A DNA stretch of 64,000 nt. Origin: Mytilus edulis (lineage: Eukaryota). The position numbers and the translations under genes were made by a program. Numbering within the stretch: the stretch's first letter is position 1; each line of letters starts with the position of its first letter. Positions 1-14,900 of the stretch are shown one piece after another. The notes under the pieces are model-generated. The model was not told where the DNA came from. It searched no databases and was given only the letters and a program-made list of their open reading frames with translations. The stretch is from the NCBI RefSeq assembly GCF_963676685.1, contig NC_092353.1, positions 51,956,001 through 52,020,000 on the forward strand, written 5' to 3'.

Positions 1-3000
1 CTGTTTTCTTTAAAATAGGATGAATTTCACACGTAATGTAAAACCAGACTGATGTAAAACTTAAACCATTTTCCCAGATTTTTTATTTAAAAAATCAAGC
101 TGTAGTCTGAAAATTGGAATAGACATAAAGAATATAGAGTTCTGATCATTTAATTGCCAAGAAGACAACTCCACCAAAGATCAAATGACCTGGATGTCAA
201 GCAACTATAGATCACTGCAGACCTATAATGCATGGCCTTCAACAATAAGCAAAACTTAGGCATATATAGACTACACAAAAAATCTTTGAAAAAAGAGAAG
301 TGATCTTAATGTCCTTATGTAATGAAGGTCTCTGGGGAGTCCTAAGAGGGTTTAATGAAGGAACATAAACAATTTATTTGAAAACTAGTAACATATTATC
401 AGTTGATTTGAAATTTCTATACTTTTGAGGAACCACCTTTCATTTCAGGATAACTCTATTAAAGTTTGTACCAGTCAGTAAAAAATTCTTATTTGTCTTA
501 TTTCAACAAGTACTATTGGAAAAAGAATGTCATGAAGATAAGTCTTAGCTTGGCAGTGCTGAGTTGTAACACGTAGGGACTATTTCCATCTGCTAGACAT
601 CTACTTCCTGTTTTCCTGTACTTTCTACTTTGAGTGATGATATACTTAGCATGTTGTAATTTGTCACTTATCAAAATAGGGCCATGAAGCCAAAAATATT
701 TTAGTTATGTCTGTTTTACAATCTGAAAGTATAAAATTGGTTCTGAATTCTACTTGAATTTGAAAGGCTTTAGATGCTAAGAGTTCTGGTGAATTCAGAG
801 AAATGCTTTGGATTTATCAGAGCTGACCTGGCCAGTAGTCATTTTTACAAAATACTTTGTAAAATGTTATTCTTTATAAGTTTATATTTGAGAGCTGAAC
901 CTGACGCGAAACAGACCATTGAACTCCCATTTTAGAGTTGCTGATGGCTACATGATTGTTTTTCTATTCCTATTATCTATTGATATTCAACACATATTAA
1001 TTCCATAAGATAACCATGTATGTTTTCTTTGAATTATTTTAAGAGGAATATTATTTCACATCATGGTCTATTTTGGGTTGTTGCACTTGCCTGAAAGAAT
1101 GAGGATGAGGCAAACATGAAGATGGTTCAAGCACCTTAATTGACCCAAAAAATAAACTACTACACAAAATATAATTGTCTATTTCAAATGGTTTTGAAAG
1201 ACAAAATGTATATGCAATACACAGTGACCTTATTGCTATTTGCCCGCCATTACTAGACATCACAAAGGTTTCCTTAAAATTTTGACATCATAATACAAAT
1301 TATCTGATGCTGCAACAGAAAAATGATTGTTGTATGACATCAACAGTTCAAGCAGAGCAAATTCTCAGGTCAACCCAGACAGATTTCCAAATACATTTGT
1401 AGCAATAAGGTGTATATGTCTTTACTGAAGGGTTTTCGTATATTTTCATTGTTAACATTGTATGTCTTGTGTAATTGGGTTATTGTCTTATTGATCATAT
1501 ACATCTCTTTATCCTTCAAGATTTAAAAGTTGAAAGATTGCATAAATTTACTTTATTGTTTTTCAAAATTGTCAAAATTGCTCAGTTTGGTAGATATTTG
1601 TAATGGATATGTATTGATGAAGAATCATATAATTTCTTTCAAAATAAGAAGATGTGGTATGATTGGCATCAGACAACTTTCCAATAGAGACCATACACTA
1701 ACTTTACAGAACAGCCCTAAATCCCATACTGTATAGAAAGCTCTAAAGGCCTTCTTTTATGTACAAAACAAAAAAGCTAAAAACATGTATGGTATACAGA
1801 AACAATTTTACAACAACCACTAAATGACAGGCTCCTGAATTGGGATTAAGGAACATTACAGAATGTAGCAAGATTAATTATATAAGCATGTTTGTGGACA
1901 CACACCCAATTCCCTTCCCTAACTTTGAACAGTGGTTTAACCGTACAATATTAGAACAAACTATAAAATTCAGTTGAGAAATGCTTCAAGGTTAAGGAAT
2001 GATAAATTTTAAATACATATTGGTGATAGGTAACTTAAAGTGATCAATGACCTTCTATTTGTTAAGAGTAATGATAAGCTATCAAACGTTTTTGTTGATG
2101 GCTAAAGTTTTACATTGTATCACGAACTCTGTCATTTTTGTGAACTATAATTATTGAGAGTGTTTTCTTTAAATTAGTTGGTAGTATTGTAACCTTTAGT
2201 GCATTGTTTAAAAGGTTGTTGCACTGTCTGTCCCTGAAATAAATGATGCTGAATCATGAACTTTACTTTAAATACCTACATGTAAGGTTACTGCCTTATC
2301 TAGTTCTGCCTTTCTTTTATCAGGGCATGTGTGTCTGTCTTCAGATTTTTTTGGACATTGATTAAAATTTGGCTCGAGTTACTTGTACCACATTGATAGA
2401 GAATGAATATCTGGATGCCTTTCAAATACATTTGATCATTATTCTAGGAGACGTTGTTCAGAGAAGATGAACCCCTCTACAAAAAGAAGAAAAAAGCAAT
2501 TATTAGAATTAGAATTATTGACAATTTTTTCCCATTTTCTCTATAAGTTTGCACATGGAGACCTATTTCATTATTTAAAGGTAGCACTTTTAGTCTTGTA
2601 ATGATTTTTTAGTAATAAAAAACATTATTTAAGGTTATTGTATTCATCTGAACTTATTATTTGTACAGCAGTATATAAAATCATGTAACTCCCAAATCAA
2701 ACTTGGTCTCATTCTCAAAATTTGACAAATTTAAGGGATGAGTGTTTTAAACATTTGAAAACATTAAAACATTAAAACAGACTTCACAATTAGAACACTG
2801 TATGAAAGATAAGTATTTCATTGCCAAGTGAAAATATGAAATGGCAAAGTGATCACACCTGAACTACTCAAGGGCATTCAGTGTCAAGGCTAGAAGTTTA
2901 TAATAGCCTAAAGTTACAGAATATATACTTTTAAACTTCTATCAAATGAAATTTGATGATGTGTGCCCCATTAATGACCAAGATACATGACATGGTTTAC

Positions 3001-6000
3001 TTTCGGTCCAGGAGGTTATAGCTAATTAATTTTCAAGAGGGGTTCAATTTGACAAGGAAAGTTATGTATCTTTCTTTGTATCAATTTAAGCAATTGTTTG
3101 AGGCATAATTTTTCAAAACTGTTTACAGATTTGAATAAAAATTAAAAATGATGAATATTTTCTCATTACAAACGTCATACCTTAATGAATAATGTATAGA
3201 AAAAATAAAATGTTATTACTTTGAAGTACTGAAGGTCATTTAAATGAGTACTAAAAAGTCAAACATCTTGACAATATCTTTGTTCTTTAATAAGTGTTGC
3301 TTTTACACATCATATAGAAGAAGGTTAGAAATTCTTTATTGGTCTATTGTTTTTCTGCTTATCCAATTAGAATCAGATCTTTCAATTATTTTTGATGGTG
3401 CGTAAATCTTTTTCTTTGATTGCATGTAATGCAATTTTCTAAGAATTTGCACAATTTAATGGCTGTCAGATTTATTACTCTGAAGGGTATTGACTTTGGC
3501 AAAATGATCTGTATAAGATATCAGTAGAAGTACAAATGCATCTTGACATTGTTTCGTTCCAGCTCGCTGAAATAATTGCCTTTAAGCTACACTGGTAAAT
3601 GGCCATGCACACAATTATTTTGTCCACATGGCACACTAGCTTAAAGCTTTTGTATTCTTTCAGAAAAAGTAAATTAACAAAAATACTGAACTGAACGGAA
3701 AGTCCCTAATCAAATGGCAAAATCAAATGAAAAAACACATCAAACGAATGGACAACAACTTTCATATTCCTGACTTGGTACAGGCAATTTCAATTGTAGA
3801 AAATGGTGGATTGAACCTGGTTTTATAGCACTAAACCTCTCACTTGTATGACAGTTACATCAAATGCAGAACCACAGATACAAAAAAATCTTTTAACATG
3901 GTACACATTGTACAGTTGTGGACGCAGGACCAAGAAACAAAAGACTGCTTGCCATTTATTATAAAGCATGGGGACATGCAATAGTAATACCCACCTGATT
4001 GTTATTTTTATTTAAACTGCATCTACTGTAAATACTTGTACAGGTGGCACACTTTTTCTTAGCAGATTACAAACCCTGCTGGTACCATCTTAAAATCTCA
4101 TCAAAATTGAAAAACAAAAAAAAGACATTCCTCTTCAGTTTTACTGTAGACAGTTATCAGTTATGATTAATTTGATATCAATTTAAGTAGAAGTTTATTA
4201 TTTTTCCAATACTTTTTATCATCAAAATGTAAGATAAGATCTAGAGAAATGGGATGATGGCATTCTATAGTCATCACTTTCTGAAATTGTAATGAAAAGT
4301 ATTGATAATATATCAGTTGGTTATCATTCTAATGTTTTTAAAAAGAAGGAAAATTGAGTTTATCAAAGGTTACAGCTGATCTCTTATTCTTTGTAATTTG
4401 CCAGCATTGAAAATGGGGATATATAATTATAAGGTTGCAACTTTAAATTTAGAAATTTACACAATTTGATTTAAAAACATTTTTTAGGTTAACTATTCTG
4501 TTGCAAAATCACACTTTGTTTTGAAAATAGAATTTCAAAGATAAAATCACAACTGAGCAAATGTTTAAAATGAAAATTCTGTTAAGGTGTTTTACTCCAA
4601 GCAGGCTCTTGTTTTCAATGAGTATAAAAATGCTGCTGTACAATTGAACAGAAAAGTAATATTTAACTTCCCAAATAAATAAACTTAAAAGATCAGTCCT
4701 GAAGGACCTGCAACGCAGTCTTCATGATTAACCACCAGTATTAAATTATGTAATTTTCAGGCCTGCATGAGCAACATTTTGGCTTTAAAGTTGGAATGTG
4801 CAAAACTAAATTTAAAACCAGTTTAATTACTGTGGAACTAGTAAGTGCTTTTCTAAACGCACTTATTACCGATTTTACAAACAGTTAGCAATGTATGAGG
4901 TGTTAAGTTGACTAGTACTTTACAGAATGTATAAATATAAGTTTATAGTGAGTTTGACAGACAAATGGTTATTGCTTTTAAAAATCATCCTGCAGTGTAC
5001 CTGTAGTGTTTGACAGACAAATAATACAGCTTTAAGTCATCATCCCCTTACAGTACCAAGAGCATCTTTGCATTAACTCAAATTAACCAGAAGAACAACT
5101 TAATTCACTCAAGAAGGCAAATCTTGGGAAGCAATTATAAACAATTTGATATGTTGTCTGTTATAAGGAGATATATTATATAATCTATAGGCTAATACTA
5201 AAACTCTGAACAGAAAGTGGAATGTATAGCACATCAATGATAAGAAAATGGAATGGAATTCACCTAAAATTGTGCATGAAGACATACTTATTAATTTTAT
5301 AGCAAAATTTAAATAGATGCTTTCTATGAAATTATTGATATTGTGTTTTATTGATATCAATTATAAAAATATTGAGATGTTTTGTTTTATTGCCAATGAA
5401 ACAGTTATCCATCAAAGACCAAAAGATGAGGATATGAACAACTATAGGTCTGCACATTCTAAAACAAAAAGTAAAACTCCTACTGTTAAGTAAGCTTTAT
5501 ATAAAAGGCTAAGATGATTAAATGGGAAACAATTAATACCAGTAATGTAAACAATAGACTGGATTTGTTTTGAAACAATCATGGCAGACAGCAATCATCA
5601 ACTAAATTTCAGGCTTTGGCACAATGAAAATATGGCCTATGCTGTTCTAGAGTAATATTCCCCTTACTCCATTCCATTTTTTAGTAGCGACCATGAAATA
5701 GAAATTTTACAAAATTTTCCCATCATTGTAATGATGTGCTCTCATAGAGATGGCTGAGCTCCAAGCTATGCGAAATATTGTTTTTAAAGATCTATTTGAA
5801 TGATAGAAACATGTGTAAGTAGGTATTTTATTGCTTTGATGCCTCTAAAAAGCTGACTATGATTTATCTTGATCAATTTTTTTGAATTTGAACAGATGTA
5901 AATTATTCTTTCAGACTTTCTTTCTATAACATTTGGCTTCAGTGTGTTATTAGAAATGTAATAAGATGTATAGTCTAACTTTCATGTAGGAAGTACATAT

Positions 6001-6711
6001 TAGTTTAACCTAATGTGTAGAATTTACATAAACTAACAGCAAACCGGCAGATGCAGTTGAAATAGTTGAGGGGAAAAAAGGTTGATTTGGTCTGACCACA
6101 AAAATAAATAAAACTAAAATCAAAAAAGAATTTTGAATTGAATAACCCCAAGTTATATCCATATGAAGTCAGATTTCAGTTTTCATATTTACAGGTAAAT
6201 CAAGTCTTTTCCCAACATTTTGCTCTATAGACCTTCAAACTTCTTACATGTAACGAGAACTACAAAATTTAGCTTGTTTTTTGTTATGCATATATTGATA
6301 TCAATATTTAGATATATAGCAACAGCCAGTATCCCTAAAGATGTTTGCTAGGAGATTTAAGTATATAGTGCTGTGAATTTAAAAACTTTTTTATTTCAAG
6401 CTTGTGTTGTATTTCGCCAGAATCTATTTCTGAAAGGACAGTTTTAACAATATTGTCAGTCTTTTCAGATTTGTATCATCAGAGGATAGATAATTGCCCT
6501 GGTCAAATGATCTTACTTGTTAATTAAATCACATCTGGTCAACAAATCCCTTTGATACTGAATGTTATTGTCTAGGGTTCCAAATCAAAGTGGTATTTGT
6601 TGTCTAGTCCATAATTTACTGAAAAGATAATCTGTTCTATAATTAGAATGAAGAAGAGATTGATCATGAATTTTCAATTAAAGAAGTACACACAGGTTGG
6701 CCATACTTGAA

Positions 6712-6756
6712 CAAGGAGGTTATATTACTAACTATTACAGTAATATTCCCTCCTTG
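6712..6756. mobile_element. 45-bp relic made of two P-like termini
   Basis: CAAGGAGGTTATATTAC...GTAATATTCCCTCCTTG, the same terminus as the 9589 element. The left end plus flank is duplicated at 6767-6808. Confidence 0.6.
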
Positions 6757-7697
6757 CTTAGAGGTGCACACAGGTTAGCCATACTTTAGAACAAGGAGGT
6801 TATATTACAATATTGGCTCCTAATGCTTTAGAACCCATATAAGATTTTAAAGTACAATTAGCCACAGTTGATCATAAATCTTGAGAGATGATTATATATA
6901 TAGATGGGATGATGTACTGATATGAAGGGGGAATTGATCTGCTAATTAGAAATAAGTGGAATAGATGGAGGAATGATGTATGCTTGGCTTATCTGTAGAA
7001 AATTGTCATTATTGACATTAGTCAATTTGGGGCAAAGTGTTTACTGACTGAAACAGTTGTTCCTGGCATATGTTTATAAATAACAACAAATTATATATAG
7101 AGTCTGCATGTTCTACCACTGCACCAAGTATGATACACTATTCCTCATATCAGATAGATTAATTTTCAAATTTAAAACCAAGGCCCAAATATGATGTTAA
7201 CTGAGAAAAAAACTGTTTTAATTGTGATTTTTCTTCAATGTAAAATTAACTGAAAAAGAAATGTTTATGCTTTGTCTAATTTCATTGAGAATTCATGTTT
7301 TATCACAGACAGTATTAAATAAATGTCAGAAAATGTTTGCAATTTGTACCATCACCTGTGATCTATAAATATACCCAAACTCATACAGATTTGGCACCAA
7401 TGGTCATAACACCCCTAATCATGGATGGCAACTATTTTTTTCTTGCAGCTATTCGGTTTTACTTGAATTGTTCAGAGCATATTTTTGTTATTTCAAACAC
7501 TAAATATGTTAATTTTTATGTTTACATAGTTAAAAAAAAACTTTTAAGACCAGTAATGCAAATAAATATAGAAAATGTATGCCTCTAATTGTATGTGTGT
7601 GTAATCCAAATGTTTTCCATTCTCACTGAAGTATGTTCAGAGCCCAATTAAGTTTTAGTTAATTGTTTACTATATTTTTTTGTTTGTTTGTTTTCAG

Positions 7698-7870
7698 AGC
7701 CTTCCAACACCAGGAGATGCTGGGTCTGTTCCTGTTCAATGATGCCTTGGTCATCACAAGAAGAACTGATCGCCACTACCCATTCAGTCGTGCCATTGAA
7801 CATACATACAGATTTGAAGTCAGTCTGTCTCTCAATAGGATAAAGATATCTGAGATTCCAGATAGTAAAT
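7698..7870 (+). CDS. ECT2L: Penultimate coding exon of an ECT2-like RhoGEF (PH domain)
   Basis: Acceptor ttttcAG at 7696-7697 and donor GTAAGT at 7871. Encodes AFQHQEMLGLFLFNDALVITRRTDRHYPFSRAIEHTYRFEVSLSLNRIKISEIPDSK, resembling the vertebrate ECT2L C-terminal PH region as recalled (LFLFNDALLVSSR...PFER...TYQF...ENIPDSK). Ends in phase 1. Confidence 0.9.
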
Positions 7871-8435
7871 GTAAGTGCTTTAAAAAGTAAAATCACTAAA
7901 ATACTGCACTCAGATGAGAATTCAAAACAAAAAGTCCCTTATCAAATGGCAAAATCAAAAGGTCAAACACATTAAACATGTCATATTCCTGACTTGGTAC
8001 AGACATTTTCTACATAAGAAAATGGTGGCTAAAACCTGATTTATTTTTATTTCTGTTATATACTATGGATTTTTATATTATTTGTGGGATACTGTGGATT
8101 ATTTTTGGTGGGTGCTATTATTTTGGAAAATAGTAAAAAAATTGTGTTTTCATGGATATTTGGTTTTTCCAATGTCTGCAGTCTTATAAAAATTTCCTTC
8201 TTCATTGAATATTAAAATTTGTGGTTCACCTAAACCCACAAAATCAACAAAAATTGGTATCCCATGAATATTAATGAATTCATAGTACCAATTTTCATGG
8301 GTTTGTGGTAAACCACAAATTTAAATGTTAACCAAGTACTTAAATTTCCTTTATGATTGCATGTCTGGATAATGCGTTAGACACTATTCTTGTCATATGA
8401 CAACTGGATAAGAAGGGAGGGGGATTGTGGTGTAC

Positions 8436-8680
8436 TAAAAGAGGGGCGAAAAATACCAGAGGGACAGTCAAACTCATAAATCGAAAATAAACTGACAATG
8501 ATATGGCTAAAATTGAAGAAGACATACAGACAAACAATAGTACACATGACACAACATAGAAAACTAAAGAATAAGCAACACGAACCCCACCAAAAACTGG
8601 GGGTGATCTCAGGTGCTCCAGAAGGGTAAGCAGATCCTGCTCCACATGTGGCACCCGTCGTGTTGCTCATGTTATAACAA
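8436..8680 (-). mobile_element. 3'-end fragment of a Penelope-like element
   Basis: AACACGACGGGTGCCACATGTGGAGCAGGATCTGCTTACCCTT...GGGGTTCGTGTTGCT. A decayed homolog at 49150-49470 is preceded by the PLE RT end (VKLKSSLRKF). It explains the spurious ORFs at 8340 and 8377. Confidence 0.65.
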
Positions 8681-9588
8681 CTTGTGTTGATTGCAGATCT
8701 GTATTACATATTGAGATGCAACCTTGAATCTGATAAATTAAATTTGATGAAACCTTGAATCTGATAAATAAAATTTGATGACTCATGATCATTCATATAC
8801 TCAGGTGATTTTTTTAACTTGACAAAAATATTGTATAAAAAATTTCCATTGTTGAAGACTATATATTGACCTGTAAATTTCTGTGTAGATAGGATGGCCA
8901 AGGCTATCTTGTTAGATTTTTTTTGTATCTCACCTCTCCTTTTATTCATACGAAATGCACTTTTGTTACCTTGAATATTTATTTCACAATAATTTATCAT
9001 ATTTGGACATGTATGTAAACAAAGAAGTGTGAGGGTTATCCTATCTCTATATGTGGGTTATCAAGTTGAAAGTTGATATAGAATACCTCACTCATTGACT
9101 GATTAAGAGTGTCATTTTATTTCATCTAGGATGGAGGATACATGTTTATACTTGGCTATTTATTTTTCTGATGAATCTTTAATCATGATAAAGCAATTGT
9201 TTTGTGTGTAATTTATCACTATTTAGGAGATAACTGTATTGTATTTAAAGCTCTCTGGCAAATTGCATTAGGGAACCAGTAAGCAGGTATTAATGCTACC
9301 ATCAAATCATCAATTGATGCTGTCAGAGCTTTAAATATAATTTTGTTATCACTGTTCTAAATTTCTTATGAAACTGTTAGACAGAAAACAAGGTCTTATC
9401 TTTTTTACATTTTAAATTTGGCATAGTGGTCTGCCGCTTGCACATAAGATTTCATAGTATCAATTGTGAATTGATGCCATGAAAATTGTTGACATTATCT
9501 TATTCAAATGACAGTTACTAATAATGTTGCTTATTTTTATACATGTATGACCACCATTGTTGAAATTTTCAAACTCCATATGTTGACC

Positions 9589-10496
9589 CAAGGAGGTTAT
9601 ATTAGAAGGAGAGTGAACACTCTGCTTGAAACAAAATTAACATCCCCAGGATAGCAGTTCGATCAGAGAAAAATGATAAAAATATAAAGAAACCGACATG
9701 TTTATCACCCACTTGACATGGCCCTCTGATGTACCGGGCTGTTACCGCGAGCAGTTCGGGCTAATAGATAAATCTCATATGTCACGTGGTTGTTATCAGT
9801 GAGTGGGTCATTAAAGTTCAGGAGTATTTTTGGTAACAATGCAGTATATAGGTGTTTTTGATATGGAAAAAGATTGGACGCGCAATTTCAAAATCAATCG
9901 TCTGTCTACCGTGAAAAAAGATGAAGAAATGACAAAGTTATGAGGGTTTAAAGGAAAGTTGGTGTGCGATTTTTATTCAACACTACATTGCTTTTAACAA
10001 AGATTTTCGCTTCACCTGTCAATTCCTGTTGATGAGAATTGGCAGGTAATAATCATAGAAAATATACGAATATGCAAAGTACTTTAGTTACGGTGACCGG
10101 TAACGACCGGAAAGAATATTTGCAATTGAAACATAGAGAAATTTATCGGGTACAACGTAAAGGTGCTTTCTGTTGGTTTTAACATTGACGGCAATAAGAC
10201 AGATATTCGTTTCATTTCTATTGGTTAGAAGTTAACTTTTAGCATAAAACTTTAATTTTTAATTACTTAATAAAAATATCACAAAAAAATCGTATTAATA
10301 TATCAATAATTATATTTCCGGTCAGTTTATGACACCTCGGGTGTTTCCGTTCTTACTCGGGTATGTAATTAGGACAAAATCTCCCTCTGTGACAGAGTCG
10401 ATCTCAAGTAATTAACACCCACTTACAGAAAAGTCGGTAACATTTTATGTGTAATTATCGTCTTTCGTCCTCTCTCCTTCTAATATAACCTCCTTG
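9589..10496. mobile_element. Non-autonomous P-superfamily DNA transposon (908 bp)
   Basis: Perfect 25-bp TIRs CAAGGAGGTTATATTAGAAGGAGAG / CTCTCCTTCTAATATAACCTCCTTG and a 7-bp TSD GTTGACC (9582-9588, 10497-10503). CANRG termini with a 7-8 bp TSD are characteristic of P elements. No ORF. Confidence 0.85.
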
Positions 10497-10895
10497 GTTG
10501 ACCAAATATTTGCTTTCTGGTCAATTATATTATAATTTTCTTCAACAACAATATAACAAATTAGAAAAACCTTCCATGAATGATGAAGAAACTCTGCTGA
10601 CATTTTAAGATAAACCTCAATTTTAATGTTCTCTGTATCTTAGATATAACTTGTTAACTATAACTTGCTACAAAGAGGTTGTGTTTAAACCATAAATATG
10701 ATTGAGGATTACTGAAAATAGCAATACATAAATTATTTGATAACATCAAAAATTTGAAATGTTTATAGTGACAAAATTAAAATATATCTACTAAATATAA
10801 TTTATCAATTAAATAGAAATATATTTAAAATGTTTAAATAAATCTGTACATGTACCAACAAGGGAAGATATTATTCTTGAATCATAATTCCAGTT

Positions 10896-11056
10896 AAAAT
10901 TAAGAATGGTAATGGGGAATATGTCAAAGAGACAACAACCCGAACAAAAAGCAGAAAACAGCTGAAGGCCACCAATAGGTCTTCAACACAGCACGAAAAT
11001 CCCGCACCCAGAGGTGGTCTTCAGCTGGCCCCTAATCAAAAATGTGTACTAGTTAG
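10896..11056 (-). mobile_element. Third interspersed repeat family
   Basis: AATGGGGAATATGTCAAAGAGACAACAACCCGA...AAAATCCCGCACC...CTTCAGCTGGCCCCT; inverted copy at about 50800-51140. Confidence 0.6.
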
Positions 11057-11794
11057 TCTTGTCTTTAAAAGTTGTCAAACATGTTGGTTTCACCTCACCT
11101 GTTAGCTAAAGGAGGTAGTTGTTAAAAGCAGGAAATCATACCAAAAACAGAAATAATATTTCCTTTTTCAAGGTTAATTGCTTCCACTGAACTTTTGAAC
11201 TTACTTAATATGTACATTGTAACATCTGCAGGAAATGAAGGAGAAAATTAAAAACTATTTAATATAAATAACTCTGTTTTATGGTCAAGGTCATTTACAG
11301 TTTTAATCAGTTAATATCTTTGATAGTTAAGTTTGATTTCAAAGAAATATATCTTTGTATGAACATTTAATAGCTGGGACATATAAAATAGCTGACTTTA
11401 AATATAAAAAAGAAGATGTGGTTTGATTGCCAATAAAACAACTCTTCACAAGAGACCAAATGACACAGAAATTAACATCTATTAGCTCACTGTAGGGCCT
11501 TCATCAATGAGCAAAGCCCAATTAAAATATGAGGTTAAATGGAATCTTATGATAAGTCAATGAAAATGATGAAGGTATTTAGTACGAAGTTGTTTTAATT
11601 TTTGCATTTCTCATTTCCACTGAGGTTATATGGCCCTGCACCTTTCTTCATGGTTCAATGACTAAATGTTTTGGAGAGTCTACATGTTTTAAATAGTACT
11701 GCCATTTTAATTTTAGAAATTGTGTTGTTCTATAAGTTACATCAAGTCCAGAAATATTTCTGTGTCATGCAACAGTTTATATGTATCATTCACA

Positions 11795-11902
11795 AGTTTT
11801 ATATGCTTTAGTGTATATTATTTCAAAAACAGTTTTATATGCTTTAGTGTATATTATTTCAAAAACAGTTTTATATGCTTTAGTGTATATTATTTCAAAA
11901 AC
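11795..11902. repeat. 36-bp minisatellite, 3 copies
   Basis: AGTTTTATATGCTTTAGTGTATATTATTTCAAAAAC repeated three times. Confidence 0.95.
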
Positions 11903-14900
11903 ATTTATAATTCATGAATTTAAAAATTTTCTGTATTCAATGGTAGCTAGGGTTTCAGTCCATTTGTTAAAGGCCTTTCAGAAACTGAAAATCTGTCAAG
12001 ATAGACCAGCAATGATTATTTACACAATGGTGCATTGATTGGTTAGACTCATACATGTCTTCTCCACTTTTTTTCAAATTATATTGGAAATTTTTTTTTT
12101 ATATATAAATGTGACAAATAGTTAAACTCGCTAGGAGATAGTCCATGCCATGATTGTACTTAAAATAACAGAAGGCAAATTGCTACTAATGTTAAAAAGA
12201 TATATAATTTTCATTTCCAATATTGTGTGAAGGTCAAATCAATATTTTGTCCATTAGTAATAGTAGAGATTATTGAGATCACAATGTCCTGGTTTATGTT
12301 CTAGAATAGAAAAGGTATTGAAGGGAAAAATTAAAGCCATTAAATCTACTTTATGAAGTGTGCGCTGTCAATAATATAGGACTAAATATAGACACGTTAG
12401 AAGTACTGTTGTTTATTGTTCCTGCTATAAATAGATGCTCAAGTTAAGTTTCATTCACCGATTTTGTCAATAAAAAATTTCCTCATTGTTGACAGGAATT
12501 TATTCTTGCATACCTGCTAGTTTTACTAAGAAGTCGAAATTTAAGTTGTACTATATTCATTCACTGATTTTATTTGTTAGATTTCTCACTAGTGATAGGA
12601 ATCCATTTCTGCATATCATTAGCTGAATTTTTATATGCACAAGTTTCATTCAATGATTTGAAATGTAAAAATTTCCTTATTTTTTATAGTTCATTCTTGC
12701 ATGTCAGTAGCCAAATTTTTAAGGAATTCGGTCAAGTCCCATGATATTAAAACAGGCGTAATTTGTTTTTGTTATTGAAGAGTCCACTATCAAAGTACCG
12801 ATTAAACCTGCCCTAAGGTCAAAAGTTTGGATATTAGTAAACAAATTAGTACAAGTTGATATAGGACTTCCCGTTACCTGATGGGAGGTATAAGGATGTT
12901 CTTTTTGAAACATGTCAATTCGAAAAGAGTTCAACATACTTGACAGTATTAAGTTAATATATTTTGAACAGATTATTTTGCGCTTTTAGATGTGATAATT
13001 GTTCTAGTATACAATGGCATATATTTATACGACCCTCTGACCATTTTAAAATTCTTACCATTTCTAGCGCCACTCTTTCTGAAATTTCAAACACACATTG
13101 TAAATTTTCTCTGAAAAAAAAATCATCATTGTCCTAACATGTTATAGACTTTCCTGATCTTTTGCATATAAATGTAAGAGAAAGAAACAAAAAGGGGGGA
13201 TGTTAAAGAGATTGCAATCCAATGAAAAAGTGAGAGACTTGTTTCTTGTTTCTTTTCATTTAAATAAAATAATGATTTTAAGATATGAATCTTCTTCTCA
13301 AAATAGATTTCATTGTTAGTGAACCAGTTTATATATTGAAAGCTTATTTATGTTAAACATTTTAAAAATATTCGGTGACATGTAAATAATTTGATTTTAA
13401 GAGTACTTTTTGTAGAAAGTACTTGATGTAAGATTAAGTATCGTGGGTGCTTTATCAAACTTGTCACATAAATTTCAAATGGACTTCTTTGTAGCTAAAT
13501 TAGGTCTCATTATTTTCTGGACATGGCTTTTGTCCAGTATTCAAGTTACTTATAGGAATTTCTGACCAGTGACTTAGCACAATTGGTTCTTATCAAATAT
13601 CCGATTAGAGATCTTAACATGGTCTGGACAATTTATAAATGTCCAACATTTTATAATTTATGAAATACTTTAAGCCATTTGTACTGTTCAAAGTTCTTGG
13701 TGAGTTTTTATCTTTGACGTCATTCTATATACCTTTTGGTCCAAACTTCTTTATATATCCAAATATTATATATACCCATATCATTTCCAGAAGATTATGT
13801 TATCTGAAGAATTTTTACTTGATAAAGGTATACAAAATCATTTTTGAACACAAATATATGAACACAAGGTAACTGATATTAATAAGTACCACGCAAATGT
13901 ATTTTAGATATTGATGTATAGCTACACCTACTGGCCTTGACCTTTTTGTTTATTTGTTAACTAAGTTCATTGGGGTTGCCCGTATTTATTAACAATGTAA
14001 AAGTTACATTTAAATGCACTCAGTGGATATTAAAATAACTGATATGTGATTTTTTTGTATTTTTATCTTGAAATATGAGATAATGTAATGAAATATTAAT
14101 ATATATAAAAAAAGAGAAATTTAGTGATAAGATCCCTTGCAAGGGTCCCTTGAAATTACGTTATATCCAAAATAACAGTAAAAAATCATGTAGATAAACG
14201 TATAGCGTATTCTGACAAAAATTGGTTAAGTTCACCTTTTGGCTATATTAGTCCAGCTGACAGTAAATACATTTGCATTTATTGAAAAGTTTATAAGTCA
14301 TTCTTGCTTTCCAGTTGAAAGGTATCATATTTATATCGATGTTATACTAAACTAATAGTAACCTTTGTCTTATAATTATACCTATGCACATTGTTGCACC
14401 TATTGAATCACAAGATAAAAACTTTAAATCTCTCAGCTGGAGGTAGATCTTCTGTATTTGGCTTAATTCTGAACTGCTGGAAGGTCCTTTAAAATTACTT
14501 GTTGTTGACCATTTCCTAGCCATTCATCTGCAGTTAGTTACTATTAAGTATGAATAAACAAAGATATGTATCGTAATATTCATGAAACAACAACACAATA
14601 AGTTTCATCTACCAAAAATGATTCTTCACAAAGTCATACTATTGATTGATTTGGTGTTTAATGCCACTTTTAGCACTATGATTCAATTTTGTGGTGACAA
14701 GTTTTATTGGTAGAGGAAGCTGGACAGCCCAGAGGTTCAATCTTTGGTAGAAAATACTGACAATCCTAGTTAACTAAGATATGAGTCGAGCTCGCCTGCA
14801 GAATGCTGGATTTGAGCTAACAAACTCTGTGTTGACAGTGGCTAGTTATACAGTAGTTAGACTTAGCTTAGACCACTTGGCTACCAGGGCCCCTCTAAGT

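Noticed and set aside
1-7697. Further ECT2L exons or nested genes in the first 7.7 kb
   Set aside because: Only short low-complexity ORFs and decayed repeats are present, so it is treated as intron. Very small exons cannot be excluded.
8340-8670. ORFs of 104 and 97 aa
   Set aside because: They fall in the non-coding 3' part of an interspersed Penelope-like repeat.
11795-11902. 36-bp repeats resembling a CRISPR repeat length
   Set aside because: Head-to-tail copies with no spacers, no cas genes, and a eukaryotic context; this is a minisatellite. ORFs 11720 and 11781 are by-products.
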